A DNA stretch of 63,645 nt, the filler included, from Octopus bimaculoides (Eukaryota): assembly GCF_001194135.2 (NCBI RefSeq). It is 8 parts of 7 records of this genome, joined end to end, with 100 filler letters (N's around TTAATTAATTAA, not from the genome) between each part and the next. Parts side by side here need not be neighbours in the genome. Positions count along the whole stretch, not along the records: positions 1 to 31,319 come from NC_068993.1; positions 31,420 to 38,682 come from NC_068991.1; 6 more parts are not named here. One strand, given 5' to 3'. Position 1 is the first letter of the stretch; each line of letters starts with the position of its first letter. Position numbers and translations under genes: made by a program. The notes beneath the pieces were generated by a model. It was not told where the DNA came from and did no database searches. It was given only the letters and a program-made list of their open reading frames with translations. Of this stretch, positions 24,437 through 36,468 are shown piece by piece.

Positions 24437-26168
24437 ATATTATATTTCAGCTATGTTGACTCAATAGATTAAATAAGAAATAATCTTTATTGTGCAAATG
24501 ATAGTGTAAAATAAGATAGCCATATAAATAGTAATACAATACAAGTGTAATAGTACTTAACAAGATGGCGATATGAGTATAAGTTTGATTAGAGGTTATA
24601 CTGTAAGTAATATAACATGATGATACAATAGTAACAGAGATCATGTTATAATAATGTCTGAAGTGAAAAAATAACGTTACTGTATGCTAGAATAAGGTTA
24701 TATCATAGCATGAGTTGGTAAAACTCTTTTAAATAAAATAGTACAGAATGAGAATATAATGTGAAATGATTGCTTTAGTGTTAGTGCTGAATTAAATTAT
24801 AAGTTACAGCAGGTAGTACGATAAATGATATAAAGAATAGAAAAAACGGAAAAAATGAGCACAGAAATAAAAAGAAAAAGAAGAAAAATTTAATTAAAAA
24901 ATTCAAGCTAAATATAAAAAAAAATAAGCTAAAATATACGCAGATGTAGGTAGTAGGTAAGAGATATGTACTAACCAGTATTATTTACTAGAATCTTAAA
25001 CATCTAGATAGTATAAGATAGGATGTGAAAGTGAAATTTACCAAATGCCGGTTACATTACACCCTTAAGTCTAGAGAAACTTGGAGATAATGTAGGAAGT
25101 ATCCTTTATGCCACCATGCGGTTGCCTTCTTAGAACTTTTATTTAGAAATGTGTTCGTGAAGAGGATACAAATCCTCCTGTGTAAATTACGATGCGTTCA
25201 ATTGCTTCTTTAAGAAGTTGCCTTAGTTAGGGTTTTCATCTGTAAGTTGTATTCTATAGTACTTGAGGTAGTTTGATAAAGTTGTTGCGTTCCTCTTGAA
25301 AGGGGGTTCGAAACGAATGAGGATGTTGACGATATCTGAACGTAAAACTCTTTGCAGTAAGATCTTATAAATGTAAAAGAGCTGATCGTAACCAGATTTG
25401 TGATGTTTTTGCAGAAAATTTGAGTTGATGGGACATATACGGGAAACAATAGAATTACAGATAGATCGATACTTTCTATTTTGTAATGTTGGTATTTTTA
25501 TTATGCCTGTTTATATTTATTATATCTACTTATCTTTTTTACGGAAGAAGTAATATTTTGAACCAAATTAGGAGCAGTGAGGTACTGTAATTTAAAAACC
25601 TTGTAGTTAAATGTTTTACAGTAGTTATGTTTTCAAGGGAAACGTTTATGAAATAGGAAGATGAAAATCTTAGCAGTCGTTTCGACCACTTCTAAGTTAT
25701 GGGGTGGATTATACTATATTATATTTCTTGATTTACATCTGTGTAGATTCCGATTGCAAGTTTTGTTATTGTCTTCTTTGCTATATGTGATAGACTCATG
25801 AACCCACTTCTTCATATAGCTTCATTGTAGTATGGAATGTGATTGTTAAAAAATTATTCATTTGCTGAAATTCTTCAAATTCTGAGATGATTTTTTTTTA
25901 TAAGTTCCCATACATTATAACACAGACTGTTCTTTAGGTTTAAGGTCTCATTCAAGAAGCTTGACGTTGGATACAACATTGATCGTCAAATCTAGTTCGT
26001 GTGAGTTTATATCACAATAACGTTTATTTAGGCATTTTTACTACATCTGAATTGTATTATTATTTATAAAATTATTGCTATCATTTATACGATAGATATT
26101 ATTTCTTATTTAATCTACTCTAGGTCAGTCCGCACAGTTTCTAGATCACCATAACTGAAATATAGTAT
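24437..26168 (-). mobile_element. Degenerate Penelope-like element (RT C-terminus, linker, GIY-YIG) with inverted terminal homology
   Basis: Fragments Y.EAI*RSG, RNII*YNPP, HKRFP..H..KTFN..YLTAPN and CNSIVSRICPI. A 20-bp exact inverted match links 24465-24484 and 26098-26117. Confidence 0.6.
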
Positions 26169-26606
26169 GCAAGATGTAATTTAGCTTTATGAAAAAGGTT
26201 GTTGCTTCCTTATTTCAATAATGAACAGTGAGGCCAAAACTTTTTACTCCACCATAAGTTTCTTTATTAGAAATCATTCTTTCTCTCTTTTTGAACCTCT
26301 CAAAAAGTTTGAATTGTTCTCTTTTGAACTTATCCCCCCACCACTCATATATATATATACACACACAAATTTCCTTTGTAATTTCTCTGTATCATTGTAT
26401 CATACAGTGACTTCCTTTCCAAATGACTTTCTTAGGGTAGGAAGATCTATTCTTCGATCATACATCATCATTGATATATAAATGGAACTTCGACATATGA
26501 TTTCGCACTTGACAAGAACTTCGGTCGAAACGGTTATACTGTGATCATCTGTATAAATAAATGCACACACACAAACACACGTACACACATTTATGTGTAC
26601 ACTCAT

Positions 26607-26666
<60 letters not shown>

Positions 26667-27204
26667 NNNNNNNNNNNNNNNNNNNNNNNNNNNNNNNNNN
26701 NNNNNNNNNNNNNNNNNNNNNNNNNNNNNNNNNNNNNNNNNNNNNNNNNNNNNNNNNNNNNNNNNNNNNNNNNNNNNNNATACATACATACATACATACA
26801 TACATGCATACATACAAATATACATACACAACACACACATACATATGTATTTATGTCTTCATTTTTATGCCAAGAAAAATATACTGAAGAAAGAATTTAT
26901 ATGAAGAGTGATAATTAGTATAAGTTTATTAATTAATTTTTCATTAAAAGAATATCATAATTTATTTGATTAACATAATGACATAGAATGATCGATGCTG
27001 GTATACTATAATCAGAGACCATTTCTGGTTCGTAATCAGTGAAATATCTGTGTAATGCCTTGATATGCATTGTACTAATATATATGTCACAGATTACTGC
27101 TTTACTGAACGCTATACCGCAAATGCAGAAATGCACTGGTCAATAATACAGGAGAAAGTGTAACAATCTGGATGTGTTGAACGCCTGTTTCTGTTTATCT
27201 GTAG

Positions 27205-27251
27205 GTTTTGGCGGTGGTTACAATAGAGGTGGGCGCGGTAGACTCGGCTAG
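27205..27251 (+). CDS. Candidate terminal exon encoding Gly/Arg-rich RGG-type tail (G)FGGGYNRGGRGRLG*
   Basis: Acceptor ctgtttctgtttatctgtAG precedes a GC-rich 47-nt phase-1 frame ending in TAG. Upstream exons were not found. Confidence 0.45.
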
Positions 27252-28532
27252 AGCACAACAGCCACTGATTCTCTGCATTTACTTATCAGTGGTGGTATGC
27301 ATATCTGCACAGTATTTTTGATGGGGTGAGGAAGGTAATGTCACAATTGATGCTATTGCTCTTTTTGCAAACATTTGCATATGTTTTAGAGTAAAATAAG
27401 ATGATTAGATTATAGTAATGATAGTAGTATTGGTTGTATTATAGTACAACTTGTGCTATGATGGATAGTGATGATTTCATGTAAGAGTTCTAAGACAAAA
27501 GAAAATTAGGATGAAACAGATGATAGACATTGAATAGTAATTTCTTTTTTCTTTTCATTCAATCCTTTCTTATTTTGTATTAAAATTTTTTTAAATATCA
27601 ATATCGAGGAAAAAACAAACAGAATGATGCAAAGTGAAATAAAGGATTAAAAAAGAAAAGGAAAAGCAAATATGAAAAAGATAAAAATTTCATCTCGTAT
27701 GTCTCAAAGACTTTTGGGCTTCTGATTGATATGTGGAACCTGATACGTCATTGTCTTTTTGATTGAAGTGGTAGTGACGTGTGTTGTGTGTGTTGTGTGT
27801 GCGTGCGTGTGTGTGCGTGCGTGTGTGTAAGTGGGTGTGTGTGTCTGTGAGTGTGTGTGCGTGCGTATTGGTGAGTTCTAATAACAATTCTAAAAAAAGA
27901 AAATGGAGACAAATCTGAAAAACAGAAAAATTAATCTTGCATGGGAAATGTCCTGCAGATTTTAGATTTGTGATTGAAANNNNNNNNNNNNNNNNNNNNN
28001 NNNNNNNNNNNNNNNNNNNNNNNNNNNNNNNNNNNNNNNNNNNNNNNNNNNNNNNNNNNNNNNNNNNNNNNNNNNNNNNNNNNNNNNNNNNNNNNNNNNN
28101 NNNNNNNNNNNNNNNNNNNNNNNNNNNNNNNNNNNNNNNNNNNNNNNNNNNNNNNNNNNNNNNNNNNNNNNNNNNNNNNNNNNNNNNNNNNNNNNNNNNN
28201 NNNNNNNNNNNNNNNNNNNNNNNNNNNNNNNNNNNNNNNNNNNNNNNNNNNNNNNNNNNNNNNNNNNNNNNNNNNNNNNNNNNNNNNNNNNNNNNNNNNN
28301 NNNNNNNNNNNNNNNNNNNNNNNNNNNNNNNNNNNNNNNNNNNNNNNNNNNNNNNNNNNNNNNNNNNNNNNNNNNNNNNNNNNNNNNNNNNNNNNNNNNN
28401 NNNNNNNNNNNNNNNNNNNNNNNNNNNNNNNNNNNNNNNNNNNNNNNNNNNNNNNNNNNNNNNNNNNNNNNNNNNNNNNNNNNNNNNNNNNNNNNNNNNN
28501 NNNNNNNNNNNNNNNNNNNNNNNNNNNNNNNN

Positions 28533-29026
28533 CCTCCCCAAAATTTCAGGTCTTGTGCTTATAGCAGAAAGGATTATTATAATTATTATTAGAAAGCGGC
28601 GAGCTGGTAGAATCGTTAGCACGCCAGGCAAAATGCTTAGCGGTATTTCGTCCATCTTTACGTTCTCAGTTCAAATCCTGCCGAGGTCGACTTTGCCTTT
28701 CATCCTTTCGGTGTCGAAAAATTAAGCACTAGTGAAACACTGGGGTCGATGTAATCGACTAGTCCCCTGTCGCAAAATTTCAAGCCTTGTGCCTTTAGTA
28801 GAAAAGATTATCATTACTGTTAAGGCGTCGAATTGGCAGAATCGTTAGCATGCCAGACAAAATTCTTAGCGACACTTCTGGCTTTACTTTCTGAATTCAA
28901 ATTCCACCAAGGTTGACTTTGCTTTTCATCTTTTCTTGGGGTCGATAAAATAAGTACCAATCAAGTACTGGAGTCAATGTAATCGACTTCCCCACTCCAC
29001 CAAAATGTTTTAGAAAGGATTATTAT
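28533..29026 (+). mobile_element. Head-to-tail array of family 2 SINEs
   Basis: A tail at 28533-28572 is followed by copies at 28594-28810 and 28822-29026, separated by short (ATT)-rich spacers. Confidence 0.85.
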
Positions 29027-30807
29027 CATTGGACCAATGTTCGAAACGATTATTAATGTTATTTATATTAAAAGAGTGATGAAAGCAGTGGCTTAGCCAA
29101 ATTCTTGACTCCGAGATGGTTCAAACAATCTAGTATCAAACAGTTACTGCAAGACAAGAATAGTTCGTTGGTTAAACCAATGTTCCTTGACCCTGTTGCG
29201 CAGGATTCCTATCTGCGATTAACTAGCTTTATATTCAAGGGGAGATTTATTTCTTATCTGTTTGACACTCTCATCTGCTGAACACATTGTACTTTAGAAC
29301 TGGATTAGCTTACCAAAACAAGATGGTTGTTGACGATGATCATTAGCTGTATGATTGAACAGAGCTGCAATCAGAAGTGTTTTAACCGTGACCATACAGT
29401 CTTTTGAGGCTTTTATTTTTTCAGACATAGTGTATCCTGGGACTATGGTACCCGATGTGTCTACTTTACCGAATAATTGATGTCTGTTTTTTTGCAAGTT
29501 GAATGATTCTACAAAGATTGACTCTTGGACAAAAATAGAAAAAATGTTACGTTGCCATGGTGGGAATGGGGAGAACTGATATTTTAGACAGAATCTTTTA
29601 TTAGTTAAACATTAAGATATTTCCTTTCTACATAGTAACCTGCGTATTTCCTTATTTTGATGCTTTTTACTGCCGATATAGACCACCACTGAATTCAAAG
29701 AGAGAACTTCTTCTTGGCTTCTCAATCTGCAAGAAACAGCAGCCAAATCTCTCACAACTCAGAGTTTACTTCCTTCTTTTTTTAAAGAAGATGGGAGATT
29801 ATATTGTTCGAAATTACGGTTCAAGAGATAGAATAATCTCAAGAAAACTACCGACCACGGTCTGCTCGACGAGGGATGATTTAAGACAAAATTACAAGAA
29901 CATTAACAATTTCGTGATTATTTTTGAGTATGTGTTTGTCTTTGTTAAGTAGCTAAATAATGTTAGAAATATACCCAAGAACAAAGCAAGGTTAAAATTT
30001 GTTTCCAAAAACGACGAATTAAAATAAATATATCAAATTAATTTCTTATTAACTAGGTTAATGAGTTATAATTTTTCAAAGAATATATTTATAAATTCTG
30101 ATATTTCACAGTGGAACAAGGTGACAAAATTTTAGATGAGTATAGAGTTCATTAAATCAGATAGTTGAGGTGTACACATTGTATGTATTATCTCTAAAAG
30201 ATAAAAGGCTAAGTTCAGCCTTGCATCATCGATTAAAAAACAAAATTCTAAAGTGATCTAATTGAAACGTAACTTTCTATCTAACAAACTCAAATCATCT
30301 CTGAAGGAAGGCTATAATTAATTATGTCTCTACCAGTATATAACTAGCATTTATTTTATCAACCATGGTATAATTTTATCAACCTCCTGTATAATTTGAA
30401 GGCTAATTTATAAGGAGGTAATCCAAATAATTCAAGGCATTTTGTTTAGTGTTCTACTGACGCAACCATTCGCCACTTTTGTTCCAGGCACGGGCAACCT
30501 TTTTCGAGAAGTAGACTATATGAAATATGACACATCATCAGGCGGTGTATACTACTACTAAAAAAAGCAAAGGTAAGTTTTCGTTAGCTGTGCCATTCAG
30601 AAAATCCCACGGATCATTTTATTGTAGTTATATTCCAGTACCACCATGATTGGTTTAGTCAAACAAACTTACCCCAATATTATATTTAGATATAGTACTT
30701 ACTCTATTCGTCTCTTTTGTTGAACTACTTAATTGTGATTTTAGATTTGTAATTCTATGCTACCTATACAGATCTTGCATACACGTAAAGTGGAAATCAC
30801 ATAATGG

Positions 30808-31010
30808 CTTGTATAAAAAAGGTCCTACCTTCATTGTGCATCCTACTTCGGGAGCACTACTAGGAAACTGCACATCTGTATAAAGGAGCACATGCACATG
30901 GACACTTCAATAAAGAAACACCTTAGGAAGTGCCAAACCTAGGATTTTAAAGCTTCCATCATGCAACCCAATGCAACAGGGGAAATCTCAGAATCATGTA
31001 CGACCTCCTT
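30808..31010 (+). mobile_element. Penelope-like GIY-YIG relic
   Basis: LV*KRSYLHCASYFGSTTRKLHICIKEH..SIKKHL. Confidence 0.6.
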
Positions 31011-31031
31011 ATAAAAAAATAATTGAGACTG

Positions 31032-31045
31032 GTTGCTATAGCAAC
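31032..31045. promoter_or_regulatory. RFX X-box palindrome GTTGCTATAGCAAC (second copy)
   Basis: Identical 14-mer with flanks unrelated to the first copy. It is followed by CpG-containing sequence and a possible donor CAGG|GTAAAA at ~31178. Confidence 0.55.
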
Positions 31046-31319
31046 ACTAGTCTGCGCTTGTCATCTTCCTTCCCTACCTTCTTCCCCAACACACATCTGA
31101 GCAACGACTTTTTCCAACCACCGCTTTTTCTAGCTATCCTGAAGAAGTGGTCTTCACTCCGAAATATAGAACTACAGGGTAAAATTGCAACTTTGTTTTG
31201 TCTTCTTTTCCTTTTGTAGTTTACTTTGTACCTTCTCACATTGTTCAGGCCTTACAAAACAGCCTTCTATAAAGTTGTACTACACAATACTTCACCAAAA
31301 CTACCACATTATATATATA

Positions 31320-31419
31320 NNNNNNNNNNNNNNNNNNNNNNNNNNNNNNNNNNNNNNNNNNNNTTAATTAATTAANNNNNNNNNNNNNNNNNNNNNNNNN
31401 NNNNNNNNNNNNNNNNNNN
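31320..31419. other. Artificial 100-bp scaffold linker N44-TTAATTAATTAA-N44 (cores also at 38727, 42071, 44273, 46323, 48055, 61954)
   Basis: An identical palindromic 12-mer with stops in all six frames sits centred in fixed-length N runs, seven times. Confidence 0.95.
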
Positions 31420-32982
31420 TATATATATATATATATATGTAAATGTATAAAGGTGTTTAGGCTAGATTTGACAATTTTTGTTTCCTTTATTTCAGGAAGA
31501 GTTTGATATACTGGGAAACAGTCAACGACGTTGGAGAACTTAACGATTAGAGTTGTAGTTGATCACATGGAAGACTGGAACCCAACTGAGTACTGGAAGT
31601 GAGTTACCTGTATCATGATGTTTGGTGAGGGGTACCAAAATGCCGACATCATCGCTGTTGCTCAGTAGTCTGTGAACTTTGTAAAGGAATCTAAGATGTG
31701 ACATGTATTCTTCTACAAGATTCCATTTGTTGAAATCCCGTCGCTTCTATGCCATTCTACACAGTTTTCTATATATGGTACATGTCAATACACGGAAAAA
31801 ATTCTCCCTCACTTGTGTAACACGTGCTAATTACAACCGCACTGATTGCTATGCTCATTTCCATTACAGATGTCAAAAAGTTAATTTTAGGAAATCTAGA
31901 CGGTGAAATTTGTCAGCAAGCATCATATTTGGATAATAGTTTGTGTACCAGTTTTCCATTGCAGGTGAGATTTTTGTCCTGAAAGTGAGCTACTTTTTTG
32001 TTTCATATATGACATCAAAGGCCATGTTTTCTAAAGACAAGTAACTCATAGGTTTTAAACATCAACATTCAGGTGCTTGACTGGCAATCCTGAGAAACAT
32101 TACTTCGTTGCCTGTATAATTTGATTGCTGTCAAGGATAAATTTCAACATTGTTTCAGCGTCGGATGAAGCAACCGAAAGTGATACCAATTTACTAGCGA
32201 AAGTGTTATATNNNNNNNNNNNNNNNNNNNNNNNNNNNNNNNNNNNNNNNNNNNNNNNNNNNNNNNNNNNNNNNNNNNNNNNNNNNTTTTGTATGTATGC
32301 ATATATGAATATATATATATATATAAAATCCTATATATGTATATGTACATTCGAGCAAACGTCTATCTGTAAATATGTATGCGTATATGAATATATGGAT
32401 GTGTGTGTTCGCGCGTGTGTGTGAGAGACCATTGTCACCGATATAATATTGCCATTAAAGCAATGACGAGAATAACTTTAAATTTCTTTCATGTTTTTAA
32501 TGCTTCTAAAGAAACTGTTTTTTTACCATTTTCTAACTTATTTCCCCCCACAGGCAATGACAATTAATAGTTATTCTTAAGTGTCACGTTCCACTATTGT
32601 CATAAATTATTTTTTTCTATGAACACTGTCTGGAATCAAGCTTTCTGCTATAAATAACTTCATTACAGTTTAAAATATGTACGTGATTTGTTCATCTTGC
32701 TACTGGTCAATAAAAGGTAATATTATATAGTATCACAATGTTACAAAGTAGTTTTCTATGTTAACTCTAGGATGCATGTTTGGAACGGTTGATGTCTTGC
32801 ACTTGCATTGTACTCGTATTTTAACATCAAATGCATATAAAATGAAGATTATTTCCGTTTTAACCCAGGAAGCCAGCCGGGAATAAAAATAATGTTTGGG
32901 AGAGTTTTAAAAAATGTTATTTTTAGGATTTCAGTGCAAGGAAATATGATGATACATATTCGATTGAACTCAGTATGGTGAC

Positions 32983-33026
<44 letters not shown>

Positions 33027-34113
33027 CGACGACGACTACGACGATGACCACGATGATTACGAAAAGTCAAACTCAGCGTAATTTCAACTCAACATGTAAA
33101 CAACTGGAAGAAATTCTCTTCAGCATTTTGTCCGACGCACTAATCGTTCTGTGAGCACACGGCGTTTGGTTTCTAATTTAAACACAAGGTAAGGAATTTT
33201 TAGATGCAATCGATTTTAGTACTTCGGTGGTACTTTGTTTTAGCGATCTCAAAATCATAAGTGACAAAGCTAGTCTTGACAGGATTGAATTCAGAGTGCA
33301 AAAAAATAACCGGAAGCAATCCTACAAGACATTTCTTCTGACACAGCATCAATTCGTTGTCCTTAAAATAATTGTTTTTGTTTAGATACAACTGGTATTT
33401 GATTTCATGCACTGCAAAGGGACGAAAAGTAGTATTTGATTTAAAAGGATTTGAAAACACAAAGTAAAAGCCGAAAAATAGCACAGGAATTTTTTTTCTA
33501 ACGCTCTAAAGATTCTGCTAACCTATGCCCTGTAATTGTATGTTAGAGGGTAAAATCACTTATTTATAGGAAAGCGAACAGTAGCTCATATCAAACCAAG
33601 AATTTCATTGGTTCTTTACTTTTAAAGACTTCTTCGAGGTAAAAAGCAGTTTTAACATCTCTCTGGTTTAAACTCGGGACGTGAGAAAGCAAAACATCTG
33701 TCATGTTTAAAATAACGTGTACATGGGACTTAAAACCTTTGAGAGGGGAATAAACCATCGCTATGGCAAAATTTTAAACAATACGTAGAAATTGAGGAAT
33801 GTAATTGAAATATATAGTCTCACACCCACATATATACACACATACACACATATATATATAACAAGAGAGAGAAAGAACTAAAAAATCAGAAAAGCATAAA
33901 TTTTAGACAGTTCGCAATATAATTACGTCCAACATGTTTCATTAGCAATAACCAGAATAAATTCCATAATTAGGCAATTGTGATATATAATGAATTAAAT
34001 TTATTTAAATCAATTGAAATCTATTTAAATCAATTGAAATCTATTTATATCCCAAATCATTGAAAGTATCATGATTTTAGATTTATTATTAATTTTAATT
34101 AAGTATCCCAATT

Positions 34114-34312
34114 CGTATCAGGACAATTACCTCCCTACGACAATTACCACCATAGAATAATTACCCCCGACAACTACTCCGTAGGACAATTACCCCCTTG
34201 GTTAATTACCCCTCTCCAATATATTAAGAAGTTTTAAATCATCATCTGTTGCCCACAGGGGCAATTGTCCTTGGGGAATATTATCCATGGTGGGGGTAAA
34301 TATCCTAGACTC
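34114..34312. mobile_element. Foldback/Mutator-like MITE with 9-bp TSD
   Basis: Flanked by ATCCCAATT at 34105-34113 and 34313-34321. The left half has GGACAATTACCCC-like subrepeats and the right half has their inverse. Confidence 0.6.
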
Positions 34313-34585
34313 ATCCCAATTACGTAATTATGAAATTTATGATTATTGCTAATCAAACAGCTGTTGATTGTAATTAAATAGTACGATATTTGTGAAATTT
34401 GTGCTTTTTCACTTTTTATTCTACAAATATGCGAATCTAATGAATCGTATTAGCCGATTATTCATGCAAGTCTTTTTACACCCGGATTTAACGTTTTATT
34501 AATTTAATTCTTAATTACCGTAGATATGTGCTATTGTTTATACCTCAATTCCTCCCCCTCTCTCTCTCTCTTTCTCTCCCTCTGT

Positions 34586-34651
<66 letters not shown>

Positions 34652-34851
34652 GATTCATTGATTGATTGATAGATGGATAGATCAAAACAGTTTGATTCAG
34701 AAACCTTGGAATTCAGACTACCAAGGAGTCTGAATCAAACTGTTTTGATCTATACATGTAACTCCTAATGAATGTGTTGAGGGCACTTCTTTCGTTTGTC
34801 TACTGACTCGGATATGTGTGTGTGTGTTTGTAAATATTCATATATGTATAG

Positions 34852-35085
34852 GCATAGGAGTGACTGTGCGGTAAGTAGCCTGCTTACCAATCACATGGTT
34901 CGAGGTTCAGTCCCACTGCGTGGAAATTTGGGCAAGTCTCTTCTACTATAGCGTCGGGCCGAATAAAACCTTGTGGGTGGATCTAAACTCAGTATGGTGA
35001 CGATGATGATGATGATGATGATGATGATGACGACGACGACTACGACGATGACCACGGAAACTGAAAGAAGTCTGTCGTACACTAG
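34852..35085 (+). mobile_element. SINE family 1, 5' half with internal insertion
   Basis: Head and central block are recognisable; a foreign insert occupies 34986-35056. Confidence 0.8.
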
Positions 35086-35399
35086 ACATACACACACACA
35101 CATACATAGATACATACATACATACATACATACATNNNNNNNNNNNNNNNNNNNNNNNNNNNNNNNNNNNNNNNNNNNNNNNNNNNNNNNNNNNNNNNNN
35201 NNNNNNNNNNTATATATACATATATGTATATATTATTTAAAAGAGTTCCAACTGTTTTTTATGTTTTATTTATATTCTTATAAAATTAATGTGGGATATA
35301 GAATATGGAATATATAATATAAATAGTAAAATGAAATGAAATGTTGAATGTCTTATTAAATATAAGAAATATTGAGTATTAAATATATAAGGACTAGTA

Positions 35400-36260
35400 T
35401 ACTTTCCTGCCTCATAGCAGTCATCAAGGTCTCGTCTGACAGATCTTCCGCACTTACCCCTACCTCTCCAACACCACTATCCTCACAGGCACCTATCATC
35501 GTCCCTATCATATCACCGATTCTTTTACCTGCACTTCTCTAACTACGTTATCTACTGCATCTCCTGCTCTATCTGCTCTTCTCTGTACATCGGTCAAACG
35601 AGACGCCGTTTCTCTGACCGGTTCGCGGAGCACCCCCAAGACATCAAACTTGGCATTAACACCTCTGTCTCGCGCCATTTCAGTCATTCATTAAAACCCC
35701 TGCCTGTGTTGAGATCGTCTTTGCACAGGGGCCATGCGAACTCACGCTTTCACCGTGAACAGGAATTAATCTTCTCTCTTCGCTCCTTTGCACCATATGG
35801 GCTCAACTCCCCTCCTATCTTCATCTGACTCTCTTCCACTTCTTTCTTTATCTGATACTCGTTTCCTCTCTTCACTCCCACCCACCTCTCCTTTTCTCTC
35901 TGGCTCTGACACCTACTTCTTCTCTTTATTCCTATCCACCTTCTCTCTTCATTGATACCCTCCAACCACAACGCCCTCACATCGCAATCCCACATACCCA
36001 CCACACGCACCCACACCGCCACACCACACTTCTCCCCACCTCAACACCACACCACCACACCACTCCTCACACACTAGCACTGACCACTTCCCAGCACCCA
36101 CACCACACACCATCCTCTGCACACCCACACAAGTTTTTTTTTATTCTCTCTCTGGTTATTTTCTCTTATTCCTTTCTGTTGAAGAGCGTAGGCTCGAACC
36201 GTAAAAGACCTTCTCACTTTCCCGAGCGTCAAACTAATACACTTGCTTGTTGTACATACA
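35400..36260 (+). mobile_element. Penelope-like element: GIY-YIG endonuclease region plus 3' repeat
   Basis: The ATG-less frame 35544-35828 reads YVIYCISCSICSSLYIGQTRRRFSDRFAEH..VSRHF..REQELIFSLRSFAPYGLN*. A frameshifted FTCTS lies upstream. Confidence 0.9.
36172..36207 (+). ncRNA. Degenerate hammerhead motif in the PLE 3' repeat
   Basis: CUUU-CUGUUGA-A-GAGC-GUAG-GCUC-GAACC-GUA-AAAG: stems are intact, with two core substitutions. Confidence 0.5.
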
Positions 36261-36468
36261 CATGTCTTCTTCTTTTTGTTTGTTTGTTGTTGTTTTTTTT
36301 GCTTTTTTTCGGTAAATTTCAACTATATTTATATATATATATAAGAGTGTATAAAGATTTATACATGGAGAGAAGACACTTCACGGGACTTCTTACATGC
36401 TAAAAAGAGCAGTTAAATCCAAACCACAAAAAAGTGGAATTCACTAGAGTGAATAAAAATTAGTTAAT

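Noticed and set aside
25100-25210. IVIYTGG resembling an RNase H YTDG motif
   Set aside because: The surrounding fragments fit a Penelope-like endonuclease region better.
26508-26540. TTGACAA-GAAC-TTCG-GTC-GAAACGGTT hammerhead-like string
   Set aside because: Two core mismatches and no stem I pairing.
26996-27130. Two-hairpin segment upstream of the RGG exon, suggestive of an H/ACA snoRNA
   Set aside because: There is no correctly placed ANANNA H box, and the ACA is sequestered in the best stem.
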